A stretch of 64,000 nucleotides of DNA from Hyphochytrium catenoides (taxonomy: Eukaryota; Protista; Hyphochytriomycota): contig FLMG01000335.1 of the NCBI GenBank assembly GCA_900088475.1, forward strand, positions 196,692 through 260,691, written 5' to 3'. Below the pieces are notes generated by a model. The model saw nothing but the letters and a program-made list of their open reading frames with translations. It had not been told where the DNA came from and ran no database searches. The position numbers were made by a program, and so were the translations under genes. Positions 1 through 12,179 of the stretch are shown here, piece after piece. The first letter of the stretch is position 1. Each line of letters begins with the position of its first letter.

Positions 1-636
1 CCTGCTGGACGTTCCTCCTGCAGCCTACCTCAGCGCCGTTCGGACCCATCCAAGAGCCCATGCTGCTGCTGCCTACTTTCCAGTGCTGGTGATGGTGGTT
101 GTGCTCCATCTCTCCGCACCTCATCACTAACCCGCCCCTTTGGCATGCTCATCGCTCATCTCTCATCTATCATTGTCCTCGTGACGACTGCCGTCATATC
201 ATCCTCGTCATACCAATCGCATCGCACCAACAGGAAAGCCAGAAGGTCCAACCCCGAGGAGGTCCTACTAGGCGAGCAAGGAAGCAGCAGCAGCAGCAGG
301 GAGAGGAGACTAGCAGGAGGTGGTGGCGGGAGAAGCAGGAGGAGGAGAGAGAGAACCTTTTGGTCCTAAACTCTCCATCAGACGGAACAGTATATATATC
401 AGGCTTCTGAAGGCCATAGATAATATTAGGCGGCCTGGGGCGGCTGGCCAAGGTGAAGGTTGACTGCGGGACCATCGTGCCAGCCGTAGTAATACATATC
501 CAGGATAGCTATAGCGGTTGTATTATTATAGATATCTGTAGTAATAGTCTGCAGATGACCTTTCGAAGAACGAGCAGAAGAGTCACCAGGATCTTTCACT
601 CCCCTACCCAGTATATTACGATAACCCATGAATGGG

Positions 637-676
637 NNNNNNNNNNNNNNNNNNNNNNNNNNNNNNNNNNNNNNNN
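637..676. other. Assembly gap (N run) abutting a (GA)n microsatellite
   Basis: Run of n; other gaps at 3932-4020, 5243-5299 and 37564-37625. Confidence 0.98.
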
Positions 677-719
<43 letters not shown>

Positions 720-778
720 GAGACAGAGAGACAGAGAGACAGAGAGAGAGAGAGAGTGGGAGAAAGAGAGAATAGAGA
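677..778 (+). repeat. (GA)n / GAGACA microsatellite
   Basis: agagagagag... with agacag variants, read directly. Confidence 0.95.
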
Positions 779-2592
779 GTGGGGGCCTGGACGTTGGGGA
801 AATAAAGAAAGTGCAACCTGGCGTTCGATGGATCCTTCTCTCGTCTGTCTCTCTCTCTCTCTCTTTCTCTATCCATCCCTGTCTCTCTTCTTTCTGTCTT
901 CTGCCTCTGTTGATCTATGAGCTCCACCCTACTCTGTCGTCATCTCTCTCCTCCTCCTCCTCGCTTCTTCATCTCCGTTCTTTCTCTTTTCCCCCACCGT
1001 TCTATATCTTTTTCTTTTTCATAGCTCTGTCCTTGACTCTTGTCTTCTCTCTTCTCTGGTTCACTCTTCGCCCTCTCCTACTCTCGCTCCTCTTCTCTGT
1101 CCTTTGGAATCTAGTTGCTGGCATGCTGGACGATTTGAACCGCCCTCACTGTTGTCCCCCAGTGCTTTGTGGTGGATGGCTGGCAGCATACGCGCCATCG
1201 CCTTCTCCTTTGCTTCTTCTTCGATGCACACAAAATGTGGTGACCACAGCGGGCAAACGGAGAAGCAGAAGAACGGATCTGGACGAGAGGCCACGCTTTC
1301 CTCCTCTCCTTTCACTCCTTCTCGCTCTCTCGCTGTTTCTTTGCCATTTCCTCCTCTGCTATCTCCACCTTTTCTCTCTTGCTTTTCTCTGAGAAGAGAG
1401 GCTACAGTCGTAAGTGTCGCTGCTGGCAGAAAGCAATTCAAATAGCACTTCCCTTACTATTAAAGGCACCACCTCTTCTCCCTCCGTTTTCTATCTTGGC
1501 GCTGCCACTTTCCCTATTCCTACTAGTTCTATCCTTCTCTCCTCTCTCAGCAGCTCCTTTCGTTGTCTCTTTCTACGTGCTGCCGTCTTCTGTTTGTTCT
1601 TCGCCCCCAACGTGCCTTCCATTTGTCCCTTTCTCCCTCCTTCTCTATCGTTTTCTCCACGTACTCCCCTGACTTTTTCCCACCATTCTTGTCTTGCATC
1701 TGTCTTTTATGAGCTGCTCGCACCGGACTTTGCTGGATTCGTGCTAGCTCTAAGCGTCACTGTTTCCCTTCTATTTCCTTTTCTGAGCTAACTCTGACGA
1801 TGATGCAGAAGAGTCGTCTGGTTGCTCTCACGCGTTAGTCTAAGAACTAAGAAGCCAACAAAGAGCGGATTTCAGTCGTCCACCTCTCTTGTTGTCCCTT
1901 TCTTACTCCCCGTTGTTTGCCTGTAACTCATCCACTCTACTCTACAGTGTGATCTTTACTCCTTCTCTCCGTCCTTCCTGTTCTTCATTGTCAACTCCGC
2001 CAAGATCAGTATCTCAAAAGGCGCCATAGGACTATCTTTGATCCCCTTCCTAAACGGTCTCTCGCCAAACAAGACGAGTGAGAGCCATATAACCCATCGA
2101 CTGAGGGAAGCAGCATAGCACAGGTGCAACAGCAGAGCACAGGTGCAGCAGCAGGTCACCAAGCGCATTAGGAGGCCGCATTTGCTTGACAAAGCAAGGG
2201 AAAGTCAGTGAAGGCTTACTTGCGGTTGAGACTGGAAACGACAGCAGGAGGACTGGACTAAAGGGACCAGTTGAAGCCAATGAAGGCCAGAGAACTCTGT
2301 TCTCTCCTTTTTGAAATCTGTGCTCAGAAGCAAAAGCAGCGGAGAGACAATACTTGGGTCTCACCGATATTTTGAACATTTAGAAGCATCGGACCCGCAG
2401 CTTTTTTGACGGAGAAAGACACGACAGGAGAAAGGGATGAGGTAGGAGAGCCGAGGACGGGAGAGCCGCCAAGACGTGATACTCTATAGGACCAGGCAAG
2501 AGACAAATAAAAGAAGCGAACAGCTGTGCTTTGAGCCCAGACACCAAAGCTCCGAGCTGGAGGAAGCGGAGGATTTTCCTATCGATTTGATC

Positions 2593-3875
2593 ATGCCAAA
2601 CTCTCGACCGGCTCTACAGCCGTGCTCTGTAGCGAAGCGGAAACCTCAACAGCGACTTGTTCTGCCTGTTAAGCCGCGCGTAGTCCGTTTCCAGCAATTA
2701 TTGCCCATTGATTTTCCCGATACTCAGGCCCCATCCACTAGGAGCCAACGGGCACCAAGGAAGCCGGTGCTGATCCCTTATTCGCTATCGCCTTTGCGAA
2801 AGATGGGCAGAGCTCAAGGGCTAGTTAACTCAAAGGTGTTATCCTCTTCTTTGGCACCGTTAGGTCTATCACTAAGCGTCTCTGACCCTAGAGTTGCATT
2901 TCTTTTTGTAGCATGAAGACAGAATCCGCCGTGGGCTGTTGTCACAGAGAGGTAGACAAAGAGGCCATAGCTCGGGCCATCGTGTGGTTCTTGTTCCCAG
3001 ACAGGTAAGATATCTACAGCAGTAGGCTCTGTCGTCTCATTGAACTTCTGACCCTCGGTGTGCCTGTCTTCAGATCCAGAGAAGAAAGAGAGATGAGTAT
3101 GACAAGCTTCCCTTAGAGCTAGAATCCTCTACAAGTTTGCCAGCTTCTCCAGTCTTGGCGGAAGAAGGTGTCGTAACTCTTTAAAGTGTGTCCTAATTGC
3201 CAGACGACTGCCCTAACATCACGGCGCTTCCCACGTCTGCTGTCCTCTCTCCGCCCACTTCGCCCTTGCATACTCTCCTCTGTCTTTCATTCTCTCTCTT
3301 TTCTGGACGCCGACGCCGTCACACCAGACCTGAAACCCCTCTTAAGTGACAATTTTGACCTGGAGTGCTCAGATATAGATATAGACAAATCGGATGCGAC
3401 ATATGGGAGAATCCTTGCGACAGAAACAGCGTCCTCGCTTAACTTCATTACGGAGGGTGAGGGAGACATCCAACAACTCCCATTGCCATATCTCTCTCCC
3501 TCTGAAGGAGAAGAGTCTCTTCCTTTCACTGAGGACTACTCAGAAAGGATGTCGGGACTAGAAGAGCTCACGTCTGTGGAAGACTTAGCTCCCTATTTAG
3601 CACCTGCGGCTTTCATTGACGAGGAAATGGACAACACACTCGCCAGCTGTGACCAAGAAGCCATAACAGAGCTTCTCCTAGACAGCTGTTACCTCGGATC
3701 ACCTGACGGGACGCGAGACGGAGGACCACCGAGCCACAGCTTAGGCGATATCAAGGAGAGCCACCTTCTTACTGAGCCTTTTGAAACATCTTCCTCCTCT
3801 GCCATTATCTCCCACCCCGAAGCCGCCTACGGGTGCACTCAAACCCTGGAGATAGGAAACCATTTCGGTGGCTAG
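2593..3875 (+). CDS. Hypothetical protein, about 4 exons, basic N-terminus and acidic low-complexity C-terminus
   Basis: Phase-consistent model: MPNSRPALQ...LVNSK | HEDRIRRG...PRQ (acceptor tttgtag at 2911, donor gtaaga at 3005) | IQRRKRDE...AEE | DLKPLLSDNF...NHFGG*. No recognisable domain. Confidence 0.45.
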
Positions 3876-4412
3876 ACCGACCGCTTTTTTGAGACGACGG
3901 ACTGGCCGAACCTTTGTTCTCTGCAAGTACTNNNNNNNNNNNNNNNNNNNNNNNNNNNNNNNNNNNNNNNNNNNNNNNNNNNNNNNNNNNNNNNNNNNNN
4001 NNNNNNNNNNNNNNNNNNNNATATATATTGTATGATTTAGGACTCACCGTCATCCCTAAGTATATAAGGAGGAATGGCCGTCTGAGTACTATACTAAATA
4101 GTTCGGTGTCGTAAGCAGCATTATGGCACTGCTCTTGGCGCTGCCCAGGAGGCGGAAGGGTCGAGCAAGCGTAGTCGCAACCTGGCTCTCTGAAGTCAGG
4201 GTTGATCCGAACCAGCTGCAAGGGCTGCTAACACTTCTCAGTTCTCGATGGCGATGCCAATAAATAAGTGAGGGAACAATTAGCGAAAGGAGAATACTTT
4301 CGCAGCAAGCCACCGAGTTACACTTTCTGGGCAATAACATAAAGCTCACAAAGAAAGAGAGCGAATACAGGTCACTGAACTGAGACAAGAAGCCTAACGT
4401 GAGGTTTGACTG

Positions 4413-6948
4413 CTATGCCACTTGCATTTCGGGTTGCCGTACGGACTCCGGGAAGACCCTAAGAATTACTGCGTCATGGCCGTTCACCAAGGCTGTAAAC
4501 GAATCCTGGTAGACTCCTAGATCGCGCCGAAGGTAAGCGTCACGAATGGAAGCACGGCCCAAGACTGCAGGGTAGAAGTCTCCGCCATTGCACGATCCCT
4601 TGCTCTCTCCGCACCAGCCCTCACTTTGTATGTATAAGGTAATATTCTGTGGGACCTCCGCTGCATTGAAATTAAGAAATCTTCCTATCAGTACCGACCC
4701 TCGCGAAGGCAGACACATGCACGAGACGCCAGTAGGACGTAAGGAAGTCCAAGTATACCTCTAGACAGACATTCGGAAGTCTCTGAAGCACGGCAAAGTG
4801 GAGACTTTTGTGACTGAACAACGGAAACGGTAGAGAACAGTGGAGGATTTGCGCATGCTATTTAACTTCCTTACCCTTGTTCAAAAGGGTGACCCCAAAA
4901 CTTCCGTCACTCAAAGGCTTGATCCAGACCTCGCCACTGCCTAGAGAACGTGCCAGACTGCCTTGCACGCACTCGGGGTCCTGTTGTATCTCAAGCACCT
5001 CAGGCGCTGTCACAAGCCCCAGTGTGAAATCATCCATTTCACTCAGGGGATGGCTAAGTATTAGAGGAGTCCCTAGAACTGCAAGAGTGCCAGCACCGTA
5101 GATTATATATGTGAGTATAGAGCGGAAAGAACATTATGCCATCTAGGAAGAAGCCTACGAGGATAATGGACGCCTAAGAGTAGAATGACATGACACATGC
5201 AAAGCGCTAGTGAATGATATATGAGGGAGAAAGGGGGGGGGGNNNNNNNNNNNNNNNNNNNNNNNNNNNNNNNNNNNNNNNNNNNNNNNNNNNNNNNNNG
5301 CATATCTGGCACGTTGAAGCTGCCCGCTGACTGAAAGATTTCTAAACCACTTACGTGGTGGGCGCAGTCAAGAAAGGACATCCAGTTGTCCTGCGCCCAA
5401 CAAAATTAGGACTCAAGCAGGTGCCTAAAGTAAAGAAGAAACAATCCCAGAACAAGAACTAAACCGTCTGTTAAATAAAGGGAGGACACCGGGCAGGTTA
5501 AAGGTGAGAGTAAACAGCAGCAGGAATACTGACAGAATTATTTGAGACGAGACGAAGGAGAGCTGAGGCATTGCTGTCAACCTGCATGTCAAACCATATC
5601 TTTCTCAGATTGGTTAGCTCGGTCGCCCACTCCCACACCAATTCTGACGGCTTCTGTGCCACTTTAGTGATGGAGTTGGAAGCAGTATGGTGTCTAAAGG
5701 GGTTGTACACTCGGGAGGGTGAGGAAGGGTTGCCTGCATCCAGGTAGAACACCATCGTCCGGTTTGTCTTCAGTATCCCCCGATGCATTGCCTGGACCTA
5801 AGAAAAGCACCATTAAGCACAGTCTCTTCATCATAAGAGACCTGCAAGACCTCAGCCGCAACAGAGCTAGAGGAGGGATGGATGGCGCACGGAGTCAAGC
5901 TACCTTACCGATCGCTGCATGCATCCATCATGGACACCACAGTCTAAGTTACAGGTGTCGAACTTGATAAAGTCCATTCCCCAGTCCGCGAAAGTCTGAG
6001 CATCTTCTTCCTCGTGACCCAGAGACGAAGCGAAGCCACCACATGTACAGTTACTGACGGCGGTGTAGATGCCGATCTTAAGCCCTTTAGAGTGCACGTA
6101 CTCTGCTAGCGCTTTCATACCGGAAGGAAAGCGTTGTGGGTCTGGCACTAGTCGGCCTCTGAACAGAGAGATGGCAGGTAGCGGAATTAAGGACCGAAGT
6201 AGCGGAAGGCACCTGAACGATAAGCAGATCAACTGGACGAGAAGCTTTGCGTTTAAAGGTGCAAGCGGGAGGAATGAAAGGAGGCATGCTGACGGGATAA
6301 GAGTGTTGCAGATGAGCTCACTCGATACCTCGAGTCCCTAGGGGCTGGCACCAAGCAGCCATGACCAGGGGTCGGGGCGTACTCCAGGCAGGCAGACCAG
6401 CCGTCATCAATTAGTAGATAATTATAACCTGCAGCCCGAAGCCCCGAGGACACCATGAGGTCGGCCGACTCCCGGATAAGACTCTCATTAACCTAGAGAA
6501 GAGACAGGGGAGAGAGGGAGAGAGATTCAGAGATATATTGAGATAGAGGACAAGGAGGTTGGGATGTAACCTTGTGATGTCAATGTCAATCAGAGAGACA
6601 CAATAGCAAAGAACAAGAGAGAGACACCAGCGGTGACTTCAGCGGCGATTGCCTTGAGCTTACATTGAGCAAAACGCTATTCCACGATGTCCAGCCCATC
6701 AAAGGTCGCTGCAACGCTGGGTCAAGATACTTTGGGTTCCTCCAGCGCCTGCCAGCGGATGCTTGCATTGGTCGAGGACTTTCCAGGTAGCTGTATACGT
6801 CGCCTGGGCGGGTGGTGGTAACAGAGGAAGTAGCATTGCATCCTCCTACACCCAAGACAGCGAATATCAGAGCGAGGCAGCAGCCAACACGTGGCAAAGA
6901 GTACCGAGGGTACGCGGTTTGTTCCTTCCTGGTGCCTTGGATTGTCAT
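4413..6948 (-). CDS. Alpha-galactosidase, glycoside hydrolase family 27, secreted, multi-exon (spans an N gap)
   Basis: N-terminal hydrophobic segment ([14 protein letters not shown]); GH27 motifs [61 protein letters not shown] (nucleophile Asp); C-terminal beta-domain [11 protein letters not shown]...[11 protein letters not shown]. Confidence 0.92.
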
Positions 6949-7157
6949 GATGAGCAAATCTATGAGCCCGGGTTATGGTCGTCACCCCTTCTGCCACTCT
7001 ACCTTTCGCTCTATGCTACTTTCTGCACGGTTTCTTCTTTGAGGGCAATTGAAGACTGGTGGTAGGCTCAAGAAAGCCCAAAGAAAGGAGGAGGATAGCA
7101 GAAGAAGACGGTAAAGAAGCGTATCATCGAAGATGCAGGTGATACCCCGGAGGAGCG

Positions 7158-7240
7158 CAGAGAGAGAGACAGAGAGACAGAGACAGAGAGAGACACAGAG
7201 AGACAGAGAGACAGAGAGAAGAGACAGAGGAGAGAGAGAG
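7158..7240 (+). repeat. (GA)n/GAGACA microsatellite upstream of the GH27 gene
   Basis: agagagagac agagagacag agacagagag... Confidence 0.9.
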
Positions 7241-8358
7241 AAGGTGGAGGTTTGGGGGCTGCAGAAACGGAGATAAAGATCATTGAGATTGAGAAGAGAC
7301 GAGGGAGTTCAGCAAAGAGCCAGAAGTAGACAGCAAGGCGAGGTAGAGTGGGAAAGAGTGAAGCGTGGGAAGTGAGACAGAGCAGTTAAAGGGAGAGACA
7401 GACAGGGAGCGCTATGGAGAAACAGAGATAGGGGCAGCGAGCGCGCGAGGAAGAGTAAGGATGAGCCAGAGCGAGTGAGAGATGCAGGTGCCATCATCGC
7501 TTAGGAACTACCTGAAGACTGCGTAAAAACGGTCACAAGAAGGCGTATTATTAACAAGGGAGCACTTAGATCTGACCGTATAATAAGATCAACAACTCCT
7601 TGGCAGTAGTAATAGCCCGGTGCAGGTGCACCTCTTTTGCAGAAAGCAAGCCACTGGTAATCTCAGAACTACCCCAGGACTTATCTCAGATGTCCTCCGT
7701 GACCTGTCGAAAGGTCATTGTGTTCTGAGTACTTGTATGCAGGCAGCAGGCGGAGAGCCCAGAGATCAGCAACTGTTCTCCCTCTATCTTCGCTTACCGA
7801 TTCGTCGTCCAGCGGCATCGGTCCGGACTTTACCAAGCACATTTGGCCCTGGCTGTGGGCCCGCTCAGGCTGGGACAATAGAGCGGGGCGAGGGAATAGT
7901 CCACCGGTGATGACAAGGAAGATGTGAGGCTGGAGACAGGAGGTTTAGGGTCAGGAAGGAACACGGACGAACAAACACCCTTTCTGCATGGGGAGACCGG
8001 TCCTACCGCCTGCAGAGGGAGGGGACAGACTAAGGGCAAGGCCAGGGAAGTGAAATATATGCGAGGAATGGTTTGGAATGGTGGCGACGGCCATCAAGAA
8101 GACGTTCGCGACCATGTCTTCTGGGTAAAGGTAGAGCCGATGGGGTTCATTTAATAAAAAATGACGAGCCTCAATATTTCCCTAGGTGTCTACCTTGGAT
8201 GTCCTCTTATTCTATGTTGTTCTTCCCTCTGCTTGCTGTTGCTTCTGAGCTCTCGGTCGTGCTCGCTTGTGAAGGCTTATAATACATTTGTCGGGGTTGG
8301 TAAACAAGTTCCGACGCATTGGCAAAAGAAGAGCCATCGTTGTTTGCACCACAATACT

Positions 8359-9339
8359 ATGGGGTACTCTAAGGAAGTAGCAGCTATACAATGTCGGCTA
8401 GTCTTCAGATTGACGCCACTATTCTTACTCTTGGTGGCCGTCTGCAACTACTCCGCGACAGCAATCGTCCCAAACCTTGGAAGGGTATGCACCGGTAAGA
8501 ATGGCGATACAACGTGCTCCCCTGGGTCTTCCATCACGATCGGAGGGGCACGACCTGCGGAGGTGTTTATACCTGCGAGCTATGATCCTACCCATCCCAC
8601 TCCGGTACTGATTATTCTGCACGGGTATGGAGACAGAGCTGACCGGGGTCTAAGCTACGTTCGTTCAGCGGCAGAGTCTAAAGGCTTCATCTACTCGGCA
8701 CCTTTAGGGACTCCGGAGAGAGGGAGCGGGAGACGCTTTTGGAATGCTCCTCAGCTTTGCTGCGACTTTTTTGGCACTGATGTGGATGATGAAGCCTATC
8801 TCTTGGGTCTGATTGACGAAATTGCCTCCAAACTCAACGTGGACAGAGAGAGAGTTTCTCTACTGGGTATCTCAAATGGAAGCTTCATGGCCTATGCTCT
8901 GGCATGTCATCACTCGGAAATTATTGCTGGTGTCGTAGGGCTTGTAGGTGCGATGTATGGAGATAAAACCCTCTGCCAGCCGTCGACTCCCGTCTCTGTG
9001 CTCCATGTACATGGAACAGAGGACCAACTGGTCTCTTACTACGGTGGCACCATCCCCGGAGGCAGCCGCGGCCGGTACTCAGGGGCAGAGGAGACCGTCA
9101 AGGCGTGGGCCAAGAGTAACAAGTGCACAGGCGCTGATACTCCGATGCGTGGTTCTCCTATAGCTCTGGAACAAGGTAGGGGCCCAAGGAGCACTCCTGT
9201 CACCTTCTCTGGCTGCCCAGAGGGTGTGGATGTCAAGCTTTATAGTATCAATGGAGGGTCTCACGTGCCCGACCTGAGGCCAGACTTTGCTGTTGAGCTG
9301 ATGGACTTCTTGGCTGCTCATAAGAAGCAGAGCCGATAA
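8359..9339 (+). CDS. Secreted alpha/beta-hydrolase, LpqC/PHB-depolymerase-like esterase family, intronless
   Basis: Uninterrupted ORF; hydrophobic signal (PLFLLLVAVCNYSATA); PVLIILHGYG oxyanion motif; FWNAPQLCC; nucleophile elbow GISNG; HVHGTEDQLV (Asp); GGSHVP (His). Start placed at ATG 8359; the ORF is open from 8161. Confidence 0.88.
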   Translation: MGYSKEVAAIQCRLVFRLTPLFLLLVAVCNYSATAIVPNLGRVCTGKNGDTTCSPGSSITIGGARPAEVFIPASYDPTHPTPVLIILHGYGDRADRGLSYVRSAAESKGFIYSAPLGTPERGSGRRFWNAPQLCCDFFGTDVDDEAYLLGLIDEIASKLNVDRERVSLLGISNGSFMAYALACHHSEIIAGVVGLVGAMYGDKTLCQPSTPVSVLHVHGTEDQLVSYYGGTIPGGSRGRYSGAEETVKAWAKSNKCTGADTPMRGSPIALEQGRGPRSTPVTFSGCPEGVDVKLYSINGGSHVPDLRPDFAVELMDFLAAHKKQSR

Positions 9340-9757
9340 TGATAATGAAAAGCCTGTCCGCTTAAGGAATGTAGCGTTTCCCAATGACGGTTCTATCGTT
9401 CTCTTCGTCCTTGCTCGGACAATTCTCTCTCGTCGTTCTAGAATTCTCAAGATTCTCTCCGTTGTTGGGCTATCTCTCCTTTCGACCTAGATCCTTGAGC
9501 CTCTTCTTCCGCAACGTATACTCTCTCGACCCTTGCTATACGTCATCTGTCCGCCGTTCACAGGGCTGATACAGACTGAGAGACTCCGCTGAAGGCTGTC
9601 GGTTCAAGGGACTAAGCCAAATTGCCTGCTCATCTGTCTTCTGTGGGTACGAAGCGGCGCATACATATGAATTTTCCTCAGGAAAGGACGGACCAAGTAT
9701 CTAACTCCTCGGGCGAAGTGACGCATAAGGCACGAGTCCCCTCTTTAACAATTTTCA

Positions 9758-12179
9758 TTATCGAAACTTCATTGAGCGGAGAAGAAGTTCTCCTTCAGGA
9801 TTCAGAGAGACAACCATAGAGTTGTTCTTCACCTGGAAATGGAAGCAACCAGAAGAGCAGACCACGCCAAACACGCAGCATTATAAAGTGCCATATAGGG
9901 TAAGTGCAGGAAGGTTAGCCTTATGGTTTGAGCCACATAAAATGGAATAAAAGAGTCGTACATGGCCCGCTAACTCCTCTGCAGATTCAATCAGCTGGAA
10001 GACTTCAGCAACGGCGACCAGCTCTGCATCAAACTTTAGAGCAAAAATCTTAGCATGCCGGTTGCCTGAGACGCCTGCCAAGGCTCTGCCCTGCAACTTT
10101 CCATAGACATGAATGTCTCCATCGGCGAGAACCTAGAGCGAGAAAAGGCAAAAGGGAAAAGACAAGGTTAGCCTCATGCGAGGAGTAAGGGGGGCCGCCA
10201 GAGGAATCCCATCTCAATTGATTGACTGTCAGTTCTCTCTGTAGCAGTGAATTTAAGAGAGTCAGGTAGCCAAAGAATGTGGCAAGCCAGGGAAGGGCAA
10301 CAAATAAGTCTAGATCTAACAAGCAGCTCTTCATATAGAAAACCTGTGCCCCTCAAGACTCACCTCAGCTCCAGAGTTGACTGAACCCAATACAATAAGT
10401 GATCGGTCTTTGGCATAAACATGTTCTCCCGAACGGACAGAATGCTCCACAACCAATGGCGCGGCTATAACTTTTTCCACCTCTTTGCAATCACGGCTCT
10501 CCTTGGGAGCTGACCCTTCTTCTTGCACGTCTATAATTTCTTTGTCTGTTACTTCCTCTACCATGTCACTTGTCTCGATGGTGACTTGGCCAACAGCTTG
10601 AGAGGAAGATAGAGCATCCTGAGCCACAGAGAGCACCTCCAAAGAGGAAGCGAGACCTGTGAAGTCTACGGGAGGAACTTCCTGGTTGAAGGAAGACGAC
10701 ATGATGGTAGGGATCCGATGGGCTATAGCCAATCTCTACAGACAAAAGGCAGACTCATAAGACTTTAGGAAGTTCATCGCTATTTCTATCCGTTCGTCCG
10801 CTGACCGGCCTTTGCCCTAAAGAATAATATCCTCTTTCTCACTCTCTGGAAGACTGGCTATTGTACGACCCCTTTCTCCTCAAGCTCTTATCGCGGCAAA
10901 ATCTTAGAGCGCTTATTACGCTTGCCGATGCCCTACCTACCTTTAGGTCTTCACTAGCATTCGCAATGGCGCAAGGAATGAGGTTTAGGCCCTAATCAAC
11001 AGCATCAATGAGGGCCTGCAGAGACGGTGGCCGCAAAGACTTTCCTAAATATATTACCTTTATTGTTCGTACGTACTCTGCGAAGGTCTCAGCCTTCATG
11101 GGCCGAGTGTGAGGGGTTCCTAGGTTATGACGGGGGAGACTGCCTCAGGCCATAAAGAGAGAGCTTTCACGAGAGAACAGGGCGGGCAGACCAATCCAAG
11201 ACAATTGCCGATGAAGAAACCGGAGAGGAACACAAGCTATTTAGGAAGGTGAAGGTAGATTGGGTTACCATCAAGTGACACGGCGCTCATGTCCAGCACG
11301 ATTGGGGTGTTCCTGAAAAAGTGAGGTGAGGAAAGCACGCGCTGTTGGAGGACAGCAGCGAGGGTCTGTGGCGTGTCGGCCCTGCGATTAGAGAATGTTA
11401 GAGAATGTGATAGCCATCGCAAGGTTTCAGGTATTGGAGCAGGAAGTGCGGACAGAGAGGACAGAGAGTGCAGAAGGAATGTTAGGCTTATCTACAGCTG
11501 CTGATGGATGCCGCTCATAAGGAGACCTTAAGTGCTAAGATAACAAAACGTGAGAGACAGTGAGGAGCTTAAGAGAAGAGTTCTCCACAAAAACGTGGCA
11601 CGAGCGGAAATAACGTGACAGAGGGCAAAGCAAGGTACAGAAGGAGAAATGAGGGGAAGAATGAAGCCAGATGGGAACGATGACATTTATATATAGAGAG
11701 AGAGCCAGAGACAGAGAGAAAGATGGAGATAGGGGAGCAAAGAGATCAGCCAATACGAAAGCTTTTGTGCGACAGCATTATAAGTACACTTCACAAATCC
11801 CCGTCCGCTCTTCCCCTAGCAGGACGGACGCTTACACTTACTTTTCAAGCCGGATGGTAGGGATGAGGTAAGACTTGCCCACTACAGCTCTCGGCGATGG
11901 CAGGGACGGCTCAGACTGTCCTGACACTGGCAGGCGAACAGGCCCTCTTTCCTCTCTCTTCAGAGCTTGAGTAGGCCGGGAAGCCGGTCGCGTAGCGTAT
12001 CCTCCATGGGAAGACGTAGAATTGGAGGACAAGCTTTCAGCTTGTTCATCTCTCTCTCCACCTATCCATTGCTCAAGATACTGACGCGCATTTGCCTTGG
12101 ATGAGGACAACCGCCGTTTCGTCGTCCTACTTGAGACCACGGCTCTGTCTCGGAGGCGCGCGAGGTGCGGGGAGAACAT
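9758..12179 (-). CDS. minC: Septum site-determining protein MinC, nucleus-encoded, probably mitochondrion-targeted, 7 exons
   Basis: Spliced: MFSPHLARLRDRAVVSSRTTKRRLSSS...GKSYLIPTIRLEK | ADTPQTLAAVLQQRVLSSPHFFRNTPIVLDMSAVSLDG | TPHTRPMKAETFAEYVRTIK | GLNLIPCAIANASEDLK | ...VVEHSVRSGEHVYAKDRSLIVLGSVNSGAE | VLADGDIHVYGKLQGRALAGVSGNRHAKIFALKFDAELVAVAEV... | VKNNSMVVSLNPEGELLLRSMKFR*. Contains the MinC_N and MinC_C signatures (VRSG, GAEV.ADG.IHVYG.L.GRA.AG). Confidence 0.93.

Noticed and set aside
1-2500. ORFs such as 628..1392 and 453..920 with ER/RE and SL/LS repeats
   Set aside because: Translations of (GA)n/(CT)n microsatellites and pyrimidine tracts; no domain and no consistent exon chain.
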